Assembly: GCF_013122565.1 (NCBI RefSeq)
Contig: NZ_CP053258.1
Direction: 5' to 3' (one strand)
Length of the DNA stretch: 64,000 nucleotides
Origin: Escherichia coli
Lineage (GTDB): Bacteria; Pseudomonadota; Gammaproteobacteria; Enterobacterales; Enterobacteriaceae
Below are positions 1 through 7,892 of the stretch, in pieces (the stretch's first letter is position 1; each line of letters begins with the position of its first letter). A model generated the notes under the pieces. That model was not told the origin of the DNA. It saw only the letters and a list, made by a program, of their open reading frames with translations, and ran no database searches. Both the position numbers and the translations under genes were made by a program.

Positions 1-713
1 CGCTCTCCTGTTCAGCCGATCGCAATATCAAAGCAAAAATTAACAAGCACGGTATCTGGCTGGAAAAACTCGAACACAATCCGGGGCAATATATTCCAGC
101 CTCACTATGGGAAGAAAATCACGCGCAACATGTACAACTGGATCTAAACCGTCCGTTGCGTGACGTGATGCAGGATCTCGCCAGATTACCGGTAGGTACC
201 CGCGTGTCGTTAAGTGGTCCCATCGTAGTGGCGCGCGATATCGCCCACGCCAAAATAAAAGCGCGGCTGGATAGCGGCGAATCGATGCCGGAGTACCTGA
301 AGCATCATATTGTCTATTACGCTGGCCCGGCGAAAACACCGGAGAACATGGCCTGCGGTTCACTAGGTCCAACCACGGGCGGTCGAATGGACGGTTATGT
401 CGATACCTTCCAGGCTGCTGGCGGCAGTCTGGTGATGTTATCGAAAGGTAACCGCAGCCAGCAGGTCACCGATGCCTGTCACAAACATGGTGGCTTCAAT
501 CTGGGAAGTATTGGCGGTGCAGCTGCGTTACTGGCGCAAGAATATGTCAAAAGTCTGCGTTGCCTGGAATACCCGGAGCTGGGTATGGAAGCGGTGTGGA
601 TGATGGAAGTGGAAAATCTGCCCGCATTCATCCTGGTAGATGATAAAGGCAATAATTTCTTTAGTCAGTTTGAGCAGCAACACCGCTGCGCCAGTTGCCC
701 TGCGGGACATTAA
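1..713 (+). CDS. Class I (Fe-S) fumarate hydratase, FumA/FumB-family paralog; 3' portion only, 5' end lies outside the window
   Basis: Frame 3 is open from position 3 to the stop at 711-713. The translation ([31 protein letters not shown] ... [12 protein letters not shown] ... ELGMEAVW ... [12 protein letters not shown]) matches the hinge and C-terminal domain of FumA/FumB as I recall them. The ORF track shows only the TTG-initiated tail 156..713. Confidence 0.8.
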   Translation, partial: LSCSADRNIKAKINKHGIWLEKLEHNPGQYIPASLWEENHAQHVQLDLNRPLRDVMQDLARLPVGTRVSLSGPIVVARDIAHAKIKARLDSGESMPEYLKHHIVYYAGPAKTPENMACGSLGPTTGGRMDGYVDTFQAAGGSLVMLSKGNRSQQVTDACHKHGGFNLGSIGGAAALLAQEYVKSLRCLEYPELGMEAVWMMEVENLPAFILVDDKGNNFFSQFEQQHRCASCPAGH

Positions 714-722
714 GGAAAATGA

Positions 723-1325
723 ATGGAAGCGCGAATTTCAACTGAACGGCATGTGCAGCGCCAGCAGAAATTGAAGGAACAGGTCGATACGCGCGTCGCG
801 GCGGCGATAGAGAAAAAAGGGATCTTGATTGTTTTCACCGGCAATGGCAAAGGGAAATCCACTGCCGCGTTTGGTACGGTGACGCGCGCGGTGGGTCATG
901 GCAAAACGGTGGGGGTTGCGCAGTACATCAAGGGGCAATGGGACAACGGCGAATACAACCTTCTCCAGCCGCTCGGGGTTGAGTTTCATATTATGGGAAC
1001 CGGTTTTACCTGGGAGACACAGAACCGGCAAGCGGATATCGACGCGGCGAAAGAGGTCTGGTCGGAAAGCAAACGGATGCTGGCTGACAAGCGTTACGAC
1101 TTAGTGGTGCTTGATGAGCTGACCTATATGCTGGCTTACCATTATCTGGATACCGAAGAAGTGATCGCTTCTCTGCAAAACCGCCCGGCACAACAAAGTG
1201 TCATTGTCACCGGACGCGGTTGCCACAGTCAGATATTAAAAATGGCGGATACGGTCAGCGAAATCCGCCCCGTCAAACATGCTTTTGATAACGGCATTCA
1301 GGCCCAGCCGGGTATCGACTGGTAA
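723..1325 (+). CDS. Cob(I)yrinic acid a,c-diamide / cob(I)alamin adenosyltransferase family protein (BtuR/CobO-like paralog)
   Basis: 200 aa with P-loop GNGKGKSTAAFG and strong similarity to E. coli BtuR as recalled (VFTGNGKGK, GFTWETQNR, VVLDELTYM, TGRGC, VSE-RPVKHAFD). AAGGA Shine-Dalgarno sits 6 nt upstream of the ATG and 9 bp after the fumarase stop. Confidence 0.8.
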   Translation: MEARISTERHVQRQQKLKEQVDTRVAAAIEKKGILIVFTGNGKGKSTAAFGTVTRAVGHGKTVGVAQYIKGQWDNGEYNLLQPLGVEFHIMGTGFTWETQNRQADIDAAKEVWSESKRMLADKRYDLVVLDELTYMLAYHYLDTEEVIASLQNRPAQQSVIVTGRGCHSQILKMADTVSEIRPVKHAFDNGIQAQPGIDW

Positions 1326-1328
1326 TAA

Positions 1329-1360
1329 CTGCGCCTGGCATCCCGCCAGGCGCAGGTTTT
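1329..1360. terminator. Bidirectional intrinsic terminator between the convergent CobO-like and LysR genes
   Basis: Perfect 11-bp inverted repeat CTGCGCCTGGC-atccc-GCCAGGCGCAG followed by GTTTT on the + strand and flanked by an A/T run for the opposite strand. Confidence 0.5.
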
Positions 1361-2264
1361 ACATCTCCTGCGGTACGACCGATTTCGCCAGCAACCATTC
1401 ACGAAATTGCTGCAAGTGCGGCGAGTCAGACTTCTCTTCCTGCCACGTCATAATAAAACGATTACCGGTACGAATAGGCACATCACAGGGAATCACCATA
1501 TCGCCACTATCCAAATCATGTTGAATAGCGAACCGTGGTAACAGCGCCACGCCGAGATTAGAGCGCACGGCGGCAATCAACATTGAAAGCAAATCGAAAC
1601 GTGGCCCGTTGTTGACCAGCGGACTGCTAACGCCAGATAAAGCAAACCACTCTTCCCAGCCAGTAATACGGGTGCTTTGATGCAGAAGTGGTAACTCAGT
1701 AAGCAGTTCTGCCACTGACAGTTTTTGATCGGACATTGCAAGCAAACTGCCGCTGCATACCGGCAAAATCTCCTCTTCAAAGAGATATTCTACTTCCGCC
1801 CAGGGCGCGCAAAAATTTTCGCGCATAATGACAGCATCGTACTCCCGATTAAGAAAATCGCCGTTATTAGCTAAAGAATGAATATTAACAATAATATCGG
1901 GATGTAACTTTGTGAATTCATGTAAATTTGGGATTAACCAGTGGGTACTAAAAGTAGGATTAACGGCAAGTTCAATAACCTGAACCGTAGGCTGCCAGGT
2001 CATAATGGTATTGGTATCGCGTTCCAGCTTATTTAATGTTTCTTTTACTATCCCCAGGTAATACTTCCCTGCATCATTAAGAAAAATACGTTTTTTAGAG
2101 TGTGAAAATAACGGAGTACGTAAAAATTCCTCCAGCGCACTTACTTGTCTGAATACTGCACTTTGGGTTAACGCTAACTCCTCTGCCGCTCTGGTATAAC
2201 TTTCATGACGTGCGACGACCTCAAAAGTCACCAGCAGTTCCGTTTTAGGTATTTTTCCTCGCAT
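1359..2264 (-). CDS. LysR-family transcriptional regulator
   Basis: N-terminal HTH region (LVTFEVVARHESYTRAAEELALTQSAVFRQVSALEEFL) and LysR-type substrate-binding C-terminus. Start chosen at MRGKIPKTELL (2264) rather than the longer track ORF starting at 2294. Confidence 0.8.
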   Translation of the reverse strand: MRGKIPKTELLVTFEVVARHESYTRAAEELALTQSAVFRQVSALEEFLRTPLFSHSKKRIFLNDAGKYYLGIVKETLNKLERDTNTIMTWQPTVQVIELAVNPTFSTHWLIPNLHEFTKLHPDIIVNIHSLANNGDFLNREYDAVIMRENFCAPWAEVEYLFEEEILPVCSGSLLAMSDQKLSVAELLTELPLLHQSTRITGWEEWFALSGVSSPLVNNGPRFDLLSMLIAAVRSNLGVALLPRFAIQHDLDSGDMVIPCDVPIRTGNRFIMTWQEEKSDSPHLQQFREWLLAKSVVPQEM

Positions 2265-2854
2265 AATGCCTTCCGTGAAAAAATAACAATTCAAAAAATT
2301 ATTTTATAAAAAACAGTAGCGCTAATGAATATCATAATTCAAATAAACAAACCAGTCAGCTATATGTCTAACCAGGAAAATAAAGTGACAATAATCCTAA
2401 AACAGGAATTTCACCTCAGTTATCCGCATGCAATGCTTTAAAGCCATTATTGCAAGAATATTATTCATATACATGAATATACTCTAAATAAGTCGAGTTG
2501 GAGGAAGGGAACAAATAATGAATTTCCAGAAGCTTACATAAGTAAGTGACCTGGGTGAGCGAACATCGATGCAGCACATGCAACTTGAATTATGACAAGT
2601 ATACAATGATAAATTTAGATACCCTATGTTATATATTATCTATGTCCGGTTAAATTGAATGAGTCATGGCCTTCAAAGACATCGCAAAAGATAATTTCTC
2701 TTTAACAATAAGCCAGATTTACCACTTGTAAAAATTGCTATCGCCACATACACTACGCGCGTTTTCTTTCCCTTTTGCTGGCTGCTGACCGGAAAGACAA
2801 AATTACCCTCGCAATACAGGGGGTTGTTTAACGTCTATATTTCAGGACAGCGTT

Positions 2855-4252
2855 ATGCATCATCTTTCAAGGCTTGATAAAGCCTTTCTGCGCAAAGGGA
2901 TCCAACTTTCCCGCGCCAACAATATTGTTTCATTATCTCGTCCATCAGGTGTCAGTGCCCGCGTACTGCTGCCAGACGAACTGCCGCTGGAAGAAAAAGC
3001 AGTAACACAACTGCTTGATTTTGCAGAAGTGAAGCTACCAGACCACCCAGGTTATGTACGCCAGACGTGTGCGACGCCAGATTTTCATCCCGGCAATGGC
3101 GTCCCCGTTGGCGCGGTGGTAGCCTCAACGCCGGATTTAGTCATTCCCGCCGCCATCGGCACCGATATTTCTTGTGGCATGCGGCTGCTGACGACCGGAA
3201 TAACACTTGAGCAAGCCGAAGCGCATAAAGACGTCATCACTCAGCGGTTAACGCAAGTGTTACTGCAAAATGAGCGCGATGTTCCGTTATCTGCACGAGC
3301 GTTCACCGCGCTTTTTGATGGCGGGCCGGCAGATTGCATGTCGGCCTTGCCATCAGCAGGTCTCTGGACACGCACGAATATCCCCCGAATGGTACAAGAG
3401 ATTGACCGCTGCATTGGGCTGAACGAGCATAAAAGTCATTCGCGTTATGCCCCACCCGCCCTGCTGGCAACGGACCGCGCATTACTCCGCGACCCTTGTC
3501 TGGGTACGCCGGGTTCAGGTAATCATTTTATTGAACTTCAGGTAGTTGATAGCGTGATCGATCGCCATGTAGCCTGGCAACAAGGGCTGAAAACAGGCGA
3601 TATCGTGGTGATGATCCATAGTGGATCGCGAGATGTCGGCTTTTACGTCGGACGACGCTGGACGGACCGTGCCCGCGCAGACTGGCCCGCTGGGCATAAA
3701 CATCCACAAAGCGGGTTATATGGTCTGGCTGGTGGACTGGCGGAGGAATATCTACAAGCGATGGGAATGGCGGCGCGTTACGCATGGTTAAATCGCGTGA
3801 CCATTACGGAAATGGTGCGCGTATGTTTTGCCGATTTATTCCATCAGGATGAATCACATCTGGTGGTGGATGTGCCGCATAACATCATCCTTCGCGAGCA
3901 TGAGATGAATATTCATCGCAAAGGCGCAACACCGGCACGTGCGGGCGATCTGGCGTTAATCCCCGGTTCAATGGGCGATTATTCGTGGCTTGCGGTAGGT
4001 TGCGGCAACCCGGAGTGGTTGTGGTCATGCAGTCACGGAGCAGGACGCAGCCAGCGTCGGCAGGCCATGCGCGCACACGCGACTGAAGAGTCAACGCTGC
4101 CGTGGCAATGCGTAACACTGCGTGAAGAACGGCGTATTGAGGAAGCGCCAGCTGCTTATAAAGATATTGGTCCGGTTATCGAAGCCCAACAAGAAGCTGG
4201 ATTAATTCAGCCAGCGGTCAGATTTCGACCGTGGTTAACGTTTAAGGCATAA
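2855..4252 (+). CDS. RtcB-family RNA ligase paralog (orphan)
   Basis: 465 aa with the RtcB signature motifs DISCGMR, GSGNHFIE, HSGSR, HN...HRKGA, IPGSMG and SHGAGR. Stop codon is immediately followed by the sucD 3' terminator palindrome. Confidence 0.8.
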   Translation: MHHLSRLDKAFLRKGIQLSRANNIVSLSRPSGVSARVLLPDELPLEEKAVTQLLDFAEVKLPDHPGYVRQTCATPDFHPGNGVPVGAVVASTPDLVIPAAIGTDISCGMRLLTTGITLEQAEAHKDVITQRLTQVLLQNERDVPLSARAFTALFDGGPADCMSALPSAGLWTRTNIPRMVQEIDRCIGLNEHKSHSRYAPPALLATDRALLRDPCLGTPGSGNHFIELQVVDSVIDRHVAWQQGLKTGDIVVMIHSGSRDVGFYVGRRWTDRARADWPAGHKHPQSGLYGLAGGLAEEYLQAMGMAARYAWLNRVTITEMVRVCFADLFHQDESHLVVDVPHNIILREHEMNIHRKGATPARAGDLALIPGSMGDYSWLAVGCGNPEWLWSCSHGAGRSQRRQAMRAHATEESTLPWQCVTLREERRIEEAPAAYKDIGPVIEAQQEAGLIQPAVRFRPWLTFKA

Positions 4253-4349
4253 AAAAGGCCATCATACGATGGCCAACCATGTCGAAACCGACAGCCCTTC
4301 GCCATTCCTGTAGAGGGAAGCGGCGAGGGCTATTTCTTATTACAGATAT
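4253..4349 (-). ncRNA. sdhX: sucD 3'UTR-derived sRNA (SdhX/RybD-like) with intrinsic terminator
   Basis: Minus-strand region directly after the sucD stop ends in hairpin GGCCATCGTATGATGGCC followed by TTTTTT (4253-4276 on +). Position and terminator match the SdhX sRNA as I recall it; exact 5' end not determinable. Confidence 0.5.
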
Positions 4350-5219
4350 TTATTTCAGAACAGTTTTCAGTGCTTCACCGATATCCGCCAGGCTGCGAAC
4401 GGTTTTCACGCCTGCGGCTTCCAGAGCCGCGAATTTCTCATCCGCAGTCCCTTTCCCACCGGCAATGATGGCACCTGCGTGGCCCATACGTTTGCCTTTC
4501 GGCGCAGTCACACCAGCGATGTAACCTACAACTGGCTTGGTAACGTGCTCTTTGATGTACGCTGCTGCTTCTTCTTCAGCGCTACCGCCGATCTCACCGA
4601 TCATCACGATCGCTTCGGTCTGCGGATCTTTTTCGAACATTTCGAGGATGTCGATAAAGTTAGAGCCAGGGATCGGGTCACCGCCGATACCAACACAGGT
4701 CGACTGACCGAAACCGTAATCCGTGGTCTGTTTAACCGCTTCATAGGTCAGTGTACCGGAACGGGAAACGATACCCACTTTACCCGGTTTGTGAATGTGA
4801 CCAGGCTGGATACCGATTTTGCATTCACCTGGGGTGATAACGCCCGGGCAGTTCGGGCCGATCATACGAACGCCGGCTTCATCCAGTTTCACTTTCACAG
4901 TCAGCATATCCAGCGTCGGGATGCCTTCAGTGATGGTGATAATCAGTTTGATGCCTGCGTCGATGGCTTCCAGAATGGAGTCTTTGCAGAACGGTGCTGG
5001 TACGTAGATAACAGAAGCGGTAGCGCCAGTGGCAGCAACGGCTTCACGCACGGTGTTGAACACCGGCAGGCCGAGGTGGGTGGTGCCGCCTTTACCTGGG
5101 GTTACGCCGCCAACCATTTTAGTGCCGTATGCAATAGCCTGTTCTGAGTGGAAAGTCCCCTGGCTACCGGTAAAACCCTGGCAGATAACCTTGGTGTTTT
5201 TATCAATTAAAATGGACAT
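4350..5219 (-). CDS. sucD: Succinyl-CoA synthetase alpha subunit
   Basis: 289 aa, [27 protein letters not shown]..., CoA-binding and phosphohistidine motifs; start overlaps the sucC stop. Confidence 0.97.
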
Positions 5220-6385
5220 TATTTCCCCTCCACTGCGGCAACAACCTGCTGAGCTGCATCCGTCAGACCTTTTGCTGCAATAATATTCAGGCCGCTGTCA
5301 GCCAGTTTCTTCGCGCCGAGTTCGGCGTTGTTACCTTCCAGACGTACCACGACCGGTACGTTAACACCCACTTCCGCTACCGCGCCGATGATACCGTCAG
5401 CGATCAGGTCGCAACGAACGATACCGCCGAAGATGTTAACCAGAACGGCTTTCACTTTGTCGTCAGAGAGGATGATTTTGAACGCTTCGGTTACACGTTC
5501 TTTGGTTGCGCCGCCGCCAACGTCCAGGAAGTTAGCCGGTTCGCCGCCGTGCAGTTTAACGATGTCCATCGTACCCATCGCCAGACCTGCGCCGTTAACC
5601 ATACAACCGATGTTACCGTCCAGCGCAACGTAGTTCAGTTCCCACTGTGCAGCTTGTGCTTCACGTGGATCTTCCTGCGACTGGTCACGCATTTCGCGCA
5701 GATCAGGCTGGCGGAACAGTGCGTTGCCATCAGCGCCCAGTTTGCCGTCGAGGCAAATCAGATCGCCCTGTTTGGTAATGACCAGCGGGTTGATTTCGAT
5801 CAGCGCCAGGTCACGCTCCAGGAAAATGGTCGCCAGGCCCATGAAGATTTTGGTGAACTGCTGAACCAGTTTACCTTCCAGACCAAGTTTGAACGCCAGC
5901 TCGCGTCCCTGATACGGCATCGGGCCAGTCAGCGGATCAAGCGCAACTTTATGGATCAGGTGCGGAGTTTCTTCCGCCACTTTTTCGATTTCCACGCCGC
6001 CTTCGGTGGAGGCCATAAAGACCACGCGACGTGAACTACGGTCTACAACGGCACCGAGATACAGCTCTTTAGCGATATCGGTCGCCGCTTCAACCAGAAT
6101 CTGGTTAACCGGTTGGCCATTGGCATCTGTTTGATACGTTACCAGACGCTTGCCCAGCCAGTTTTCTGCAAAAGCACGGATGTCTTCTTTGCTGTTTACA
6201 ACTTTCACACCGCCCGCTTTACCGCGGCCACCAGCGTGAACCTGACATTTCACTACCCACGGACCGGCACCGATTTTTGAAGCGGCTTCTTCTGCTTCGC
6301 GCGGAGTAGTACAGGCATAACCCACCGGTGCTGGTAAGCCATAGCGGGCAAAAAGTTGTTTTGCCTGATATTCATGTAAGTTCAT
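5219..6385 (-). CDS. sucC: Succinyl-CoA synthetase beta subunit
   Basis: 388 aa, [18 protein letters not shown]..., ATP-grasp domain. Confidence 0.97.
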
Positions 6386-6469
6386 GTGTTCTGTCCATCC
6401 TTCAGTAATCGTTATCTTTTAAACCGTAGACCGAATATTTCGTATCGCTTCCGGGTATTGTCGGTCACC

Positions 6470-6640
6470 CGTAGGCCTGATAAGACGCGTCAGCGTCGCA
6501 TCAGGCATCGCTTGTCGGATGCGGCGCGAGCGCCTTATCCGACCTACATCGGTGCTTCCCGTAGGCCTGATAAGACGCGTTAAGCGTCGCATCAGGCTTC
6601 AATGGCCGGAGAAGGCGATAATGCCTTATCCGGTCTACAG
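6470..6640. repeat. BIME / cluster of REP palindromes in the sucB-sucC intergenic region
   Basis: Several alternating-orientation REP units (GCCTGATGCGACGCT...CTTATCAGGCCTAC type, and GCCGGATGCGGCG...CTTATCCGACCTAC). Confidence 0.85.
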
Positions 6641-6660
6641 TGCAGGTGAAGCTTAAACTA

Positions 6661-7878
6661 CTACACGTCCAGCAGCAGACGCGTCGGATCTTCCAGCAAC
6701 TCTTTGATCGTTACCAGGAAGCCCACGGATTCGCGACCATCGATCAGACGGTGATCGTAGGACAGCGCCAGGTACATCATCGGCAGGATCTCAACCTGAC
6801 CATTCACCGCCATCGGACGATCTTTGATAGCGTGCATACCCAGAATTGCGCTCTGCGGCGGGTTGATGATCGGCGTAGACATCAGGGAACCGAACACACC
6901 ACCGTTGGTGATAGTGAAGTTACCACCGGTCAGATCTTCAACGGTCAGCTTGCCGTCACGGCCTTTGACTGCCAGCTCTTTGATTTTCTTCTCGATGTCT
7001 GCCATGCCGAGGGTATCGACATCACGCAGTACCGGCGTCACCAGGCCGCGCGGCGTAGAAACCGCCATGCTGACGTCGAAATAGTTGTGGTAAACCACAT
7101 CATCGCCGTCGATAGAAGCATTCACTTCCGGGTAACGTTTCAGGGCTTCAACCACCGCTTTCACGTAGAAGGACATAAAGCCCAGACGGATGCCGTGACG
7201 TTTTTCAAACGCTTCACCGTACTGCTTACGCAGATCCATAATCGGCTTCATGTTGACTTCGTTGAACGTGGTCAGCATGGCGGTGGAGTTTTTCGCTTCC
7301 AGCAGACGCTCTGCCACACGCTTACGCAGGCGAGTCATCGGGACACGTTTTTCGCTACGTGCAGCCAGAGCCGGTTGCGCCGCCGGAGCAGCCGCTGCCG
7401 GAGCAGACTCTTTCGCCGGGGCTTTCGCCAGATGTTTTTCCACATCTTCACGAGTCAGACGACCACCCACACCGGTGCCTTTAATGGCGCTGGCGTCGAG
7501 ATTGTGTTCAGCCAGCAGGCGACGGATCGCCGGGCTTAACGCATCGTTGTTTTGCTCTTCCAGAGACGCCTGCTGGCGTTGCGCCGGAGTGGACGCTTTC
7601 TCTTCAGATTTGGCGCTGGTTTCTTTACCGGCGCTGTTGCCTTCACGCAGGCGACCAAGGATCTGACGAGACGTTACCGTTGTACCTTCATCTTCCAGAA
7701 CCGCATCCAGAATGCCGTCTGCTGATGCCGGTACTTCCAGTACCACTTTGTCAGTTTCGATTTCTACCAGCACTTCATCACGTACGACTGCGTCGCCGGG
7801 TTTTTTATGCCAGGTTGCGACGGTGGCATCGGCTACGGATTCAGGCAGGTCAGGGACCAGAATATCTACGCTACTCAT
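6661..7878 (-). CDS. sucB: 2-oxoglutarate dehydrogenase E2 (dihydrolipoyllysine succinyltransferase)
   Basis: 405 aa, lipoyl domain ([14 protein letters not shown]), Ala/Pro-rich linker, catalytic DHRLIDG motif. Confidence 0.97.
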
Positions 7879-7892
7879 TGTGTATCCTTTAT

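Noticed and set aside
2325-2441. 38-codon ORF (MNIIIQINKP...) in the AT-rich leader
   Set aside because: No Shine-Dalgarno sequence, AT-rich low-complexity translation; probably promoter DNA of the divergent LysR and RtcB-like genes.
2700-2854. Sigma-54 (-24/-12) promoter upstream of the RtcB-like gene, as found at canonical rtcBA
   Set aside because: A TGGC element occurs (TGGCTGCTGACCGG) but without the downstream TTGCA -12 box at correct spacing; not supported.
6386-6583. 65-aa ORF within the sucB-sucC spacer
   Set aside because: Consists of REP palindromes (Arg/Pro-rich translation), not a gene.
6470-6640. Possible CRISPR array (repeated palindromes here and at 10874-10992, 40044-40142, 55757-55854)
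   Set aside because: Repeats are REP/BIME units: imperfect, alternating orientation, irregular spacing, no uniform spacers and no cas genes nearby.
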